DNA from: a virus
DNA: 64,000 nucleotides
Strand: one strand, 5' to 3'
Virus record (IMG/VR): IMGVR_UViG_3300027917_000040
Coordinates: 8,944 to 72,943 of that record
Part shown: piece by piece, positions 47,769 through 56,690 of the stretch
Numbering within the stretch: position 1 is the first letter of the stretch
Layout: each line of letters starts with the position of its first letter
The notes under the pieces: generated by a model
What the model saw: the letters and a program-made list of their open reading frames with translations, nothing else
Told to the model about the DNA's origin: nothing
Database searches by the model: none
Made by a program: the position numbers and the translations under genes

Positions 47769-49205
47769 ATGTTTCAATCAGAAGCACTGCAGAAAAAGTG
47801 GGCACCTCTTCTGGAGCACGAAGGTTGCGAAGCAATCAAAGACTCCCACAGAAAGGCTGTAACCGCTGTTCTGCTTGAGAACCAAGAAAGATTTTTAAGA
47901 GAGCAATCTGCTTTCAATGCAGGTGGACTCCTGACCGAGACTCCAACCGTTAATACTAACTCCGGCCCCGTAGGTGGAGATGGTGTTGGTGGTCCTGGTT
48001 TTGGTGGATCCGCTGATGCTGCTGGTCCAGTAGCAGGTTTCGACCCCGTACTGATCTCACTGATCCGTCGTTCAATGCCTAACCTGGTCGCTTATGACCT
48101 CGCAGGCGTTCAACCAATGAACGGTCCAACTGGTCTCATCTTTGCGATGAGAGCACGTTATGAGGATCAGGCAGGAGCAGAAGCACTGTTCAACGAACCA
48201 GATACTGCATTCTCTGGACAAGGCGACCAATTCAACCATGGACTTGGTGATTACACCAGAAATCCAGGAAACGGAGCAGCCGTTGGTCTGGGAACAACTG
48301 CAGCATCGGGAGACAACCCAGGTCTGTTGAATCCAAACGGAACCGAGACTGACTACAGCGTTGGTCAGGGCATGGCAACTGCTGATGCTGAGGCACTTGG
48401 AGTTGATGGTGGAAACCAGTTCAACGAGATGGCATTCTCCATCGAGAAAGTTCTCGTTGAAGCAAAGTCAAGAGCACTGAAGGCGGAATACAGCCTTGAG
48501 CTCGCTCAGGATCTGAAGGCAATCCACGGTCTGAACGCAGAAGCAGAACTCGCCAACATTCTCTCCACAGAGATTCTGGCAGAGATTAACCGTGAAGTCA
48601 TCAGAACCATCTATAAGGTTGCTGAACCTGGCGCACAACTTAACACTGCAACTGCTGGTGTATTTGACCTCGACATCGACTCCAACGGTCGTTGGTCAGT
48701 TGAGAAGTTCAAGGGCCTTCTGTTCCAAATCGAAAGAGATGCGAACCAGATTGCACAAAGAACTCGTAGAGGAAAGGGCAACGTAATCATGTGCTCTGCT
48801 GACGTTGCTTCGGCACTCACAATGGCAGGAGTACTTGACTACACCCCAGCACTCAACGCTAACCTCAATGTTGATGACACTGGCAACACCTTCGCAGGTG
48901 TGCTGATGGGCAAATTCCGCGTCTACATTGACCCATATTCTGCAAACAACGCTGCTAACCAGTATTACGTTGTTGGTTATAAGGGTTCCTCACCTTATGA
49001 TGCAGGTCTCTTCTATTGCCCATATGTTCCTCTCCAAATGGTTCGTGCCGTTGGTGAGAACACCTTCCAGCCAAAAATCGGATTTAAGACCCGCTACGGC
49101 ATGGTCGCTAATCCATTCGCTGAGGGTACAAATCAAGGTCTCGGTAGACTCCAGACCAACCAAAACCGCTACTACAGAAGAGTTAGAGTTCAGAACCTCA
49201 TGTGA
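47769..49205 (+). CDS. gp23: major capsid protein gp23
   Basis: GVQPMNGPTGLIFAMR, KSRALKAEYSLELAQDLKAIHGL and FQPKIGFKTRYG motifs. Confidence 0.99.
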   Translation: MFQSEALQKKWAPLLEHEGCEAIKDSHRKAVTAVLLENQERFLREQSAFNAGGLLTETPTVNTNSGPVGGDGVGGPGFGGSADAAGPVAGFDPVLISLIRRSMPNLVAYDLAGVQPMNGPTGLIFAMRARYEDQAGAEALFNEPDTAFSGQGDQFNHGLGDYTRNPGNGAAVGLGTTAASGDNPGLLNPNGTETDYSVGQGMATADAEALGVDGGNQFNEMAFSIEKVLVEAKSRALKAEYSLELAQDLKAIHGLNAEAELANILSTEILAEINREVIRTIYKVAEPGAQLNTATAGVFDLDIDSNGRWSVEKFKGLLFQIERDANQIAQRTRRGKGNVIMCSADVASALTMAGVLDYTPALNANLNVDDTGNTFAGVLMGKFRVYIDPYSANNAANQYYVVGYKGSSPYDAGLFYCPYVPLQMVRAVGENTFQPKIGFKTRYGMVANPFAEGTNQGLGRLQTNQNRYYRRVRVQNLM

Positions 49206-49231
49206 TCCATTCGGTTCACACGAAATACTCG

Positions 49232-49254
49232 GGGGTCTTCGGACCCCTTTTTTT
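49232..49254 (+). terminator. Rho-independent terminator after gp23
   Basis: GGGGTC-TTCG-GACCCC (cUUCGg tetraloop) followed by T7. Confidence 0.92.
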
Positions 49255-49257
49255 ATT

Positions 49258-49264
49258 CTAAATA
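49258..49264 (+). promoter_or_regulatory. T4-type late promoter
   Basis: CTAAATA immediately after the terminator and before gp3. Confidence 0.65.
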
Positions 49265-49276
49265 TTTAAAAAAGTC

Positions 49277-49855
49277 ATGGCAGCTTCAAGAAGAGGTCAA
49301 TTAACAAATAGAAATTATCTTTCAAGCACTGGGTTTAAGTTTGTTTTGAATAGGTCTCCCAAAACAGCTTTTCTTTGCAACAAAGCAAATATACCAGGAA
49401 TAACTTTAGGAGTTGCAGAGCAATCAAACTACCTAACGAATCCAATTCCTCATCCTGGGGATAATATGGTTTTTGAAGACTTTGAAATTGATTTTATTGT
49501 TGATGAGGATATGGAAAATTATATGGAAATCCAATTTTGGATGAGGGGTCTGGGATTTCCAGAAACTTTAGAAGAAATATATGATTGGCAAAATGATCCA
49601 AATAGTTATTTGTATGGTGGATTAGATGCAAATATGAATCTTTATTCTGATGGAACATTATTCATTTTGAATAGCAATCTTAGATTAAATCATCAAATAA
49701 GATTCAGAAAAATGTTCCCATATAGATTATCGGACCTTTCTTTTGATGCAACAAATACTGAAGAAGAATATTTCACTGCTACTGTCAGTTTTAAATATAT
49801 GATGTATAATATAGCAGATGAAAAGGGATACATCAAACCAAAACGATATAGTTAA
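49277..49855 (+). CDS. gp3: tail completion/sheath stabilizer gp3
   Basis: NRNYLSSTGFKF, ANIPGITLG and FIVDEDMENYMEI..W motifs. Confidence 0.9.
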   Translation: MAASRRGQLTNRNYLSSTGFKFVLNRSPKTAFLCNKANIPGITLGVAEQSNYLTNPIPHPGDNMVFEDFEIDFIVDEDMENYMEIQFWMRGLGFPETLEEIYDWQNDPNSYLYGGLDANMNLYSDGTLFILNSNLRLNHQIRFRKMFPYRLSDLSFDATNTEEEYFTATVSFKYMMYNIADEKGYIKPKRYS

Positions 49856-49857
49856 TT

Positions 49858-50295
49858 ATGGCAATTGATTTAGACATTATACAGTCTATGTGGGAAAAAG
49901 ATTCTAAAATAGATCCAGATAATTTACATACAGAATCTTTAAATATACCCAGACTACATGCAAAATATTATGAGATTTATAATACACTAACACTTTTAAG
50001 AGCAAAAGCAGAAAATAAAAAAAGAATCGTGAGGAAAGATCAACATGAGTATTATACTGGAAAAGCAGATCCTGATGTTTATGTGGAGAATCCATTTCCT
50101 AAAAAAATCCGTGACAAAGAAACTCTCAAACAATATCTGGATGCCGATGAAACGATTACTCAGTGTTCGTTGAAGGTGGAGTATTATGATGTTATGCTTC
50201 GTTATTTGGAAGATATAATTAAAACAATACACAACCGCACATATCAAATTAAGAATGCTATTGAGTATCAGAAGTTTATGAGCGGTATGGGATAG
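49858..50295 (+). CDS. uvsY: recombination mediator UvsY
   Basis: WEKDSKID..ESLNIPRLHAKY and RTYQIKNAIEYQKF motifs; precedes uvsW. Confidence 0.9.
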   Translation: MAIDLDIIQSMWEKDSKIDPDNLHTESLNIPRLHAKYYEIYNTLTLLRAKAENKKRIVRKDQHEYYTGKADPDVYVENPFPKKIRDKETLKQYLDADETITQCSLKVEYYDVMLRYLEDIIKTIHNRTYQIKNAIEYQKFMSGMG

Positions 50296-50298
50296 AAT

Positions 50299-50305
50299 CT
50301 AAATA
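50299..50305 (+). promoter_or_regulatory. T4-type late promoter
   Basis: CTAAATA 21 nt upstream of uvsW. Confidence 0.6.
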
Positions 50306-50326
50306 CATTAGTTGTAGCAATGCTTT

Positions 50327-51793
50327 ATGACTAATGTGACTATAAGCAAAAAGAATGAGGTTTACATTAAGTTAGAATGTGAACCTCATGTTTTGTATGA
50401 TCTTGAACCCCATTTCACATTTGATGTAGAGGGGGCAAAGTTCATGCCGCATATGAGAAATAAGCATTGGGACGGAAAGATAAGATTGCTTAGCACTCAT
50501 ACAGGAGAGATTTATGCAGGTCTTCTGGATAGAGTTGTAGCAAAGTTAAAGAAATATGATTACGAATATACATTTAAAGATAGTAAGTACTATGGTCTTC
50601 CGTTTGAAATAAACGAGGAGATATGTCCAGAAGGCGTTGCAGACTACATGAAAAGCATTTGTAGTCATGAACCCTATGATTACCAAGTAGACGCTGTTTA
50701 CGAGTGTCTGAGATACAATAGAAAACTTATATTGAGTCCTACTGCATCTGGCAAATCTTTAATGATTTATTCGATCATAAGATATTATGTTGCAAAGGGT
50801 AAAAAGATTCTTATTGTATTCCCAACTACATCTCTTGTTCGTCAGATGTTTAATGACTTCAAGGACTATGGATGGGATGCCGATGAGTATTGTCATTTGA
50901 TTTATTCGGGTAAAGAGAAGAATACTGATATGCCCGTTACTCTCTCTACATGGCAATCTTTATATACTCTTCCTAAAAAATATTTTGAAAACTTTGATTG
51001 TGTGATTGTTGATGAAGCACACGGAGCAAAGTCAAAGTCATTGATTGACATTATGAAAAAGTGTCACAATGCAAAATACCGTTTTGGGTTTACAGGAACT
51101 CTTTCTGGGAGTAATACTCATGAGTGGGTTGTTTGTGGATTGTTTGGTCCGCAATATAAGACCATTGGGACTTCTGAGATGATTGAGAAGGGAAGAGCAT
51201 CTCAGTTGGATATTAACTGTTTACTTCTCAAGCATAAACCTCAGAAGTTTGAGACTTATGAAGATGAGATTCAGTTTCTTATTACCAATGAAAAAAGAAA
51301 TAAGTTTGTTAGAAATTTGGCGCTTAGTCTCAATGGTAACACTCTTGTGTTATTTTCAAGAGTAGAAACTCATGGACAGATACTATTTGATTTAATAAAT
51401 AATCGTAAGGAAGAAGGTCGAAAGGTTTTCTTCGTTCACGGTGGAGTTGATACAGACGAAAGAGAAGCAATTCGACAGATTACTGAGAAAGAAAATAATG
51501 CAATCATCGTTGCTTCTTATGGTGTTTTTAGTACAGGAATTTCTATTAAAAGACTTCATAATATAGTCTTTGCATCACCTAGTAAGTCTAGAATAAGAAA
51601 TCTCCAAAGTATTGGAAGGGTATTGAGAAAAGGAAAGAACAAAGATAAAGCTACCCTCTATGATATTGCTGATGATACCACTTATAATTCAAAGAAAAAT
51701 TATACATTAAATCACTTTATAGAAAGGATTAAAATTTACGTCGAAGAAGATTTTAACTATGAAATAATACCAATAAATATCGGAGGAATTTAG
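50327..51793 (+). CDS. uvsW: RNA-DNA/DNA helicase UvsW
   Basis: SF2 motifs SPTASGKS, IVDEAH, GFTGT and LQSIGRVLR. Confidence 0.96.
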   Translation: MTNVTISKKNEVYIKLECEPHVLYDLEPHFTFDVEGAKFMPHMRNKHWDGKIRLLSTHTGEIYAGLLDRVVAKLKKYDYEYTFKDSKYYGLPFEINEEICPEGVADYMKSICSHEPYDYQVDAVYECLRYNRKLILSPTASGKSLMIYSIIRYYVAKGKKILIVFPTTSLVRQMFNDFKDYGWDADEYCHLIYSGKEKNTDMPVTLSTWQSLYTLPKKYFENFDCVIVDEAHGAKSKSLIDIMKKCHNAKYRFGFTGTLSGSNTHEWVVCGLFGPQYKTIGTSEMIEKGRASQLDINCLLLKHKPQKFETYEDEIQFLITNEKRNKFVRNLALSLNGNTLVLFSRVETHGQILFDLINNRKEEGRKVFFVHGGVDTDEREAIRQITEKENNAIIVASYGVFSTGISIKRLHNIVFASPSKSRIRNLQSIGRVLRKGKNKDKATLYDIADDTTYNSKKNYTLNHFIERIKIYVEEDFNYEIIPINIGGI

Positions 51794-51794
51794 C

Positions 51795-52220
51795 ATGGAA
51801 GATGATTTTTATGCTTCAATAAAATTAATAACAGGAGAAGAGATTTTTGCTAGAGTAATGCCTTGCATTCAAAAAACTAATTTTACTTTAATTTTAAATA
51901 ATCCTGTAACATTTTCTGAATTTAAAAGTAGAAATGGAATAACCGGATACAAAATTGAACCATGGTTAAAAACTAATCATGAGGATTTAATAGTTATAAG
52001 TATGGAAAGAGTGATTACTATATCCGAAACAACTGATGCTGAAATAATTGAAATGCATCAATCATTTGTTAATAAATTTTATACTATGAAAAATAAAAAG
52101 ATTAAAGGTGGAAATATAACTAAAAAAATGGGATACCTTGGAACTGTAAAAGATGCTAAGAACCTTTTAGAAAGAATATACAAAAAGTCTCCTGATGTAG
52201 ATATACATAAAGATAATTAG
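51795..52220 (+). CDS. conserved hypothetical protein (possible Sm-like fold)
   Basis: FYASIKLITGEEIFA..LNNPV..EPWLK; usual gene between uvsW and gp55 in cyanomyoviruses. Confidence 0.75.
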   Translation: MEDDFYASIKLITGEEIFARVMPCIQKTNFTLILNNPVTFSEFKSRNGITGYKIEPWLKTNHEDLIVISMERVITISETTDAEIIEMHQSFVNKFYTMKNKKIKGGNITKKMGYLGTVKDAKNLLERIYKKSPDVDIHKDN

Positions 52221-52251
52221 ATATTAATATTTCTCAAAGGGCAACAAACCC

Positions 52252-52280
52252 AGTCTACTTAAATTACAATATCTTGTCAA
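52252..52280 (-). promoter_or_regulatory. sigma70-type promoter on the minus strand (antisense to the late block)
   Basis: Minus strand TTGACA (52280-52275), 17-nt spacer, TAGACT (52257-52252). Confidence 0.55.
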
Positions 52281-52285
52281 GCCCC

Positions 52286-52314
52286 TTGATTTTATTTCGT
52301 AAAAGTGTTATCAT
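52286..52314 (+). promoter_or_regulatory. sigma70-type promoter for gp55
   Basis: TTGATT (52286-52291), 17-nt spacer, TATCAT (52309-52314) with extended -10 TG. Confidence 0.65.
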
Positions 52315-52340
52315 GTCTACATAATAGATTAGATAATTTT

Positions 52341-52841
52341 ATGATATACAATCCTGGCGTTATGGCTAAAAGAAAAAGATCGGTCCATTACGTTAACAAT
52401 AAAGATTTTCTTGATGCTCTGATAAAGTATAGAGAAGAAGTTGAGTTAGCGGAAAAAAGGGGAGACCCTAAACCAAGAATAAGTAATTATCTTGGGGAGT
52501 GTTTTTTAAAGATTGCGACACACTTGTCATTTAAACCAAACTTTGTAAACTATATCTTCAAAGATGATATGGTTTCCGATGGCATTGAAAACTGCGTTCA
52601 ATACATTCACAATTTTAATCCAGAGAAATCAAAAAATCCTTTTGCATACTTTACCCAAATTATTCATTACGCATTTCTTAGAAGAATTCAGAGAGAAAAG
52701 CGTCAATTAGATATTAAAAATAAAATCCTCGAACGCACCGGATTTGACGAAGTGTTTCATGATGACTCCGGTATTGACGGAATGAACTACAGCGACTATA
52801 ATTCCATCAAAGACTCTGTGCATTCTAAACTCCGTAACTGA
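52341..52841 (+). CDS. gp55: late-transcription sigma factor gp55
   Basis: HYVNNKDFL, YLGECFLKIA and NPFAYFTQIIHYAFLRRIQREK motifs. Start moved to ATG 52341 (or 52362), downstream of the promoter. Confidence 0.95.
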   Translation: MIYNPGVMAKRKRSVHYVNNKDFLDALIKYREEVELAEKRGDPKPRISNYLGECFLKIATHLSFKPNFVNYIFKDDMVSDGIENCVQYIHNFNPEKSKNPFAYFTQIIHYAFLRRIQREKRQLDIKNKILERTGFDEVFHDDSGIDGMNYSDYNSIKDSVHSKLRN

Positions 52842-53875
52842 TGAAGGTAGCAATCATAACTGATCAGCACTTTGGTGCTAGAAAAAACTCAAAACTTTTT
52901 CATGACTACTTTCTCAACTTTTATGAGAATGTGTTTTTTCCAACTTTAGAAAAAGAGGGTATCACCACTGTCATCGATATGGGTGATACCTTTGATAGTA
53001 GAAAGGGTATTGACTTTGCTGCTTTAGCATGGGCAAAGAATCATTACTATGATCGACTATCTGATATGGGCATTGAAGTTCATACTATTGTTGGAAATCA
53101 CACTGCCTACTATAAAAATACGAATGATATTAATGCAGTAGATCTTCTTTTACGAGAATATTCCAATATAAAAATATACAGTGAACCTACTGAAATCAAA
53201 CTTGGAAATCTCGATGTTTTACTTTTACCTTGGATAAATCCCGAAAATGAAAGCAATACTTATTCACTTATTAAAACTACAACTTGCTTATGTGCGATGG
53301 GGCACCTTGAGTTGGCAGGATTTAGAGTTAATTCGCAAATCATCATGGAGCATGGTTTGGAGAGCAAACTATTTGAGAAGTTCACCAAGGTCTTCTCGGG
53401 ACACTATCACACTAGATCGAATGACGGACGAGTCTTCTACTTAGGTAATCCCTATGAAATGTATTGGTCTGATTGGAATGATACTAGAGGATTCACAATC
53501 TTTGATACGGAAACTTTAGATCATCATCACATTGATAATCCTTACAACATGTTTGAGATTATTAACTATGATGAAGATACTACAGAGTTAGATTCAGACT
53601 ACGAAAATAATATCGTAAAGGTTGTAATAAAAAATAAAAACAATCAACTTAAATACGAAAAATTTCTAGACAAACTTTACTCACAAAATCCTGCTGAAGT
53701 AAAGATTGTGGAAAACTTTGAAATCAATATAAAAGATTTTGAAGAAGACATAGAGTCAGAAGACACCATTTCTATCTTAGATAGATATATTCAAGAGTCT
53801 GAAACTGACATGGACAAAACTGAGATCATGTCAATCATCAGAGAAATCTATCAGGAGTCGTGCGAGATGGTGTAA
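52841..53875 (+). CDS. gp47: recombination endonuclease subunit gp47 (Mre11/SbcD-like)
   Basis: ITDQHFG, MGDTFD, VGNH and SGHYH metallophosphoesterase motifs. Confidence 0.95.
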   Translation: MKVAIITDQHFGARKNSKLFHDYFLNFYENVFFPTLEKEGITTVIDMGDTFDSRKGIDFAALAWAKNHYYDRLSDMGIEVHTIVGNHTAYYKNTNDINAVDLLLREYSNIKIYSEPTEIKLGNLDVLLLPWINPENESNTYSLIKTTTCLCAMGHLELAGFRVNSQIIMEHGLESKLFEKFTKVFSGHYHTRSNDGRVFYLGNPYEMYWSDWNDTRGFTIFDTETLDHHHIDNPYNMFEIINYDEDTTELDSDYENNIVKVVIKNKNNQLKYEKFLDKLYSQNPAEVKIVENFEINIKDFEEDIESEDTISILDRYIQESETDMDKTEIMSIIREIYQESCEMV

Positions 53876-53876
53876 C

Positions 53877-54155
53877 ATGTATATCATAACATTAGAGGGT
53901 AGGGAAGAGGAAGGAGCTTATTCAGTAACAAACGAAGTCGGTGATCAAGTCCTTTACATGTTTGAGGATGAAGATGATGCACTTCGATTTGCTATGATGC
54001 TTGAAGACGATAGGGATTACCCTCCAATGCATGTGATAGAAGTTGACGATGATGCTATACTGAAAGCATGTAGAGAAAATTCATACGAATACAATATTTT
54101 CTCTGAGCATGAATTTGTAATTCCCCCTGAAGAAGACGGTAATGATTTTATTTGA
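53877..54155 (+). CDS. hypothetical protein (DUF3110-like)
   Basis: EEGAYSV..VLYMFEDEDDALRFAMMLE resembles cyanobacterial DUF3110; lies between gp47 and gp46. Confidence 0.65.
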   Translation: MYIITLEGREEEGAYSVTNEVGDQVLYMFEDEDDALRFAMMLEDDRDYPPMHVIEVDDDAILKACRENSYEYNIFSEHEFVIPPEEDGNDFI

Positions 54156-55851
54156 AAAGATTCGATGGAAAAACTTTTTAAGCACCGGAAACCAATTTAT
54201 TGAGATTGACTTTTTAAAATCTGAATCAACCCTAATTGTTGGGCAAAACGGAGCAGGTAAGAGCACCCTTCTTGATGCTCTTACTTTTGTGCTGTTTGGT
54301 AAATCTTTTAGAGGAATCAACAAACCACAACTTATTAACTCGTCGAATGAGAAAGATTGTGTTGTAGAGATTGAGTTTAAGATTGGATCTGTTGAATGGA
54401 AAGTTGTAAGAGGTATAAAACCAAGTTTGTTTACGATTTCTAGAAACGGAAAGGAAATAGATCAGCAGTCGTCGGCAGCAGATCAACAAAAGTGGTTTGA
54501 GCAAACAGTTCTGAAAATGAACTACAAATCATTTACTCAAGTTGTTATTATTGGTAGTAGTAACTTTACTCCTTTTATGCAACTTACTGCAGCAAGTAGA
54601 AGAGAAGTAATTGAAGATCTTCTTGACATTAAAGTGTTTTCTTCTATGAATTCTTTAATTAAAGAAAAAATAAAATTACAAAAAGATGAAGTTAAAACTT
54701 TAGATCTTAAGAAAGATTCTCTTAAAGATAAAGTCGAAATGCAGTCAAGTTTTATTGAAAAAATTAAAAATGAGGGGAAAGGCAAAATTCAATCATTAAA
54801 TAATGATAATGAAAAGTTTATGAAAGAATGTGATTCTTACATAAGTGCAAATGATTCTCTTGAGGAAGAACTTTTTGAAAATAATAAGCAAATAGAAGAA
54901 CTTTCTGATTGTAAACCAAAACTTAAAAAGTTTGCAAATATGAGAGGAAAGTTTTCTCAAAAAATTGCCACAGCAAAGGAAGACAAGAAGTTTTTTGAAG
55001 AAAATTCGGTTTGCCCTACCTGTAGACAAGATATAGAAGATCGTCATAAGTTAAATATTATTAGTGAGTCTGAAAAAAAGACAAAGGATCTGCAATCTGC
55101 ATATAAAGAACTTGAGCAGGCCATTCGTGATGAAGAAATCAGAGAAGATCATTTCCTTCGGATTTCAAAAGTAGTAAACAACCTAACGAATGAAATTTCT
55201 CAAAATAATCTTAGAGTCTCTGGACTCCAAAGAAGAATCCGAGATAATGAATCGGAAATTCAAAGAATTACCAATGACTTGGAAAACGAAAATTCTGAAC
55301 ATGAAAAGTTAGCGGAGTTTAAAGAAAAACTGAATACTGTCTTCGAGGAGTTATCTGAGAAGAAACGAAAAATTTCATACTACGATTACTGTTACAGTCT
55401 TCTAAAAGACTCTGGTGTAAAAACACAAATCATCAAAAAGTATCTTCCTCTAATCAATCAACAAGTGAATAGATACCTTCAGATGATGGATTTTTACATT
55501 AACTTTTCTCTGGACGAGGAATTTAACGAAACCATCCAGTCACCGATTCATGATCAATTTAGTTATGGATCTTTTAGTGAGGGTGAACGACAACGGATTG
55601 ACTTGGCACTTCTTTTTACTTGGAGAGAAGTTGCCAAGATCAAAAACTCAACTAATACAAATCTTTTGATTATGGATGAGGTGTTTGATAGTTCACTTGA
55701 TGGCAACGGAACAGAAGAGTTTATTAAGATTCTTCGTTTTGTTGTGCAAGACGCCAATACGTTTGTCATCTCCCATAAGGTGGGAATGGAAGATCGTTTT
55801 GAAAGTGTGATAAAATATGAAAAGTATAAAGGATTCAGTCGTATTGTATGA
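54142..55851 (+). CDS. gp46: recombination endonuclease subunit gp46 (Rad50/SbcC-like)
   Basis: Walker A GQNGAGKST, zinc hook CPTC, signature FSEGE and Walker B LIMDEVFD. Confidence 0.96.
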   Translation: MILFEKIRWKNFLSTGNQFIEIDFLKSESTLIVGQNGAGKSTLLDALTFVLFGKSFRGINKPQLINSSNEKDCVVEIEFKIGSVEWKVVRGIKPSLFTISRNGKEIDQQSSAADQQKWFEQTVLKMNYKSFTQVVIIGSSNFTPFMQLTAASRREVIEDLLDIKVFSSMNSLIKEKIKLQKDEVKTLDLKKDSLKDKVEMQSSFIEKIKNEGKGKIQSLNNDNEKFMKECDSYISANDSLEEELFENNKQIEELSDCKPKLKKFANMRGKFSQKIATAKEDKKFFEENSVCPTCRQDIEDRHKLNIISESEKKTKDLQSAYKELEQAIRDEEIREDHFLRISKVVNNLTNEISQNNLRVSGLQRRIRDNESEIQRITNDLENENSEHEKLAEFKEKLNTVFEELSEKKRKISYYDYCYSLLKDSGVKTQIIKKYLPLINQQVNRYLQMMDFYINFSLDEEFNETIQSPIHDQFSYGSFSEGERQRIDLALLFTWREVAKIKNSTNTNLLIMDEVFDSSLDGNGTEEFIKILRFVVQDANTFVISHKVGMEDRFESVIKYEKYKGFSRIV

Positions 55852-56015
55852 TACCAGAAGACTCTAATAATAGTAGTATTTTTGCTTTGACTGAACAGGT
55901 TAGTAGGTTGAAGGCAGAGGTTTCTCAATTGAGATCTGACTACAGGAACTTAAAACGTGCTATACTCAATGTCCCCGACCTAGGGGAAAAAGTCCAAAAG
56001 AAACTCTGGGAATGA
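55848..56015 (+). CDS. small coiled-coil hypothetical protein, 55 aa; not in ORF track
   Basis: ATGA overlap with the gp46 stop. MIPEDSNNSSIFALTEQVSRLKAEVSQLRSDYRNLKRAILNVPDLGEKVQKKLWE*. Confidence 0.65.
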   Translation: MIPEDSNNSSIFALTEQVSRLKAEVSQLRSDYRNLKRAILNVPDLGEKVQKKLWE

Positions 56016-56161
56016 TGACTACCCCAAACTGGCAACACAACTCTGGTAAACCCCAGAAACGAAAACTTAAACCACAAGCACTGCGACAAGCAAAAGCACG
56101 TCGTCAGGCACTCAAGAACAAGCACCCCAAACGGGGTGTTTTTTTTTATTTTTATAAATAA
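56012..56161 (+). CDS. small basic protein, 49 aa, reading through its terminator (candidate ribosome-rescue-factor-like); not in ORF track
   Basis: ATGA overlap with the upstream ORF. MMTTPNWQHNSGKPQKRKLKPQALRQAKARRQALKNKHPKRGVFFYFYK*. Confidence 0.7.
   Translation: MMTTPNWQHNSGKPQKRKLKPQALRQAKARRQALKNKHPKRGVFFYFYK
56122..56147 (+). terminator. Rho-independent terminator inside ORF 56012-56161
   Basis: GCACCCC-AAAC-GGGGTGT stem; the T9 tract (56139-56147) ends before the TAA at 56159-56161. Confidence 0.85.
56153..56160 (+). promoter_or_regulatory. T4-type late promoter
   Basis: Consensus TATAAATA 22 nt upstream of ATG 56183. Confidence 0.75.
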
Positions 56162-56182
56162 TTTCACGGTATAGTAAAAAAA

Positions 56183-56608
56183 ATGAATTCCCAAGATTTA
56201 CGATATCTTCAAGAAGCATATATGGAAGTTGTTGAAAATCAGCAACTTGATGAACTTTCGATTGACACTTTACGTCGGGCTCGTAAAGAAAGATTTAATA
56301 GAGTTGATGAACTTGAAAAATCTGGTCTTCTTGATTTGACTGGTGATGATGAAGATAAACGAGGCAGAAAAAAATTACGCAGAACGCAGAGAGCAATTGC
56401 AAGAAAAACCGCTCCAGGGAAACCAGATGATCCTCATAAAGGTGCCAGTGCAAGACTGAATATGGAAATGGAGTATGATGTTTTTGATGCAATTTTAGAG
56501 CACCTAGTTGCCGAAGGTTTTGCTGATACAAACGAAAATGCTTTAGTCATTATGGCTAATATGAGTGAAGAGTGGAGAGAGAGTATTGTTAGCAATCTTA
56601 TTGACTGA
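56183..56608 (+). CDS. late hypothetical protein (possible internal head protein)
   Basis: Has its own late promoter and terminator. N-terminal LRYLQE/AY..QLDE/L; C-terminal module FDAILEHLVAEGFADT..MANMSEEWRESIV, recalled as recurrent in cyanophage proteins. Confidence 0.75.
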   Translation: MNSQDLRYLQEAYMEVVENQQLDELSIDTLRRARKERFNRVDELEKSGLLDLTGDDEDKRGRKKLRRTQRAIARKTAPGKPDDPHKGASARLNMEMEYDVFDAILEHLVAEGFADTNENALVIMANMSEEWRESIVSNLID

Positions 56609-56667
56609 GGACACTTCAAAAAGCGTCACACCACCTCCCGGAAACGGGGGGTTTTTTCGTGTATACT
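56609..56667 (+). promoter_or_regulatory. early-type promoter: 7-6-7 palindrome plus -10 TATACT
   Basis: GGACACT-N6-AGCGTCA (56609-56628) lies 33 nt before TATACT (56662-56667). Same layout as at 58883. Confidence 0.55.
56633..56657 (+). terminator. Rho-independent terminator
   Basis: ACCTCCCG-GAAA-CGGGGGGT stem with a GNRA loop, followed by a T-run. Confidence 0.85.
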
Positions 56668-56690
56668 GATTCCAGTCGAACGAACCCACC

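Noticed and set aside
49205-49277. Absence of gp24/hoc after gp23 and of gp62 directly after gp44
   Set aside because: This is a normal arrangement for cyanomyoviruses; gp62 probably lies beyond the window.
38381-51793. Introns or inteins in terminase, portal, capsid or UvsW
   Set aside because: The ORFs are uninterrupted and of normal length, with no intein C/S...HN boundaries or homing endonuclease motifs seen.
55940-56194. 84-aa minus-strand ORF in the ORF track
   Set aside because: It overlaps two coupled + strand micro-ORFs, a + strand terminator and a late promoter, which explain the region better.
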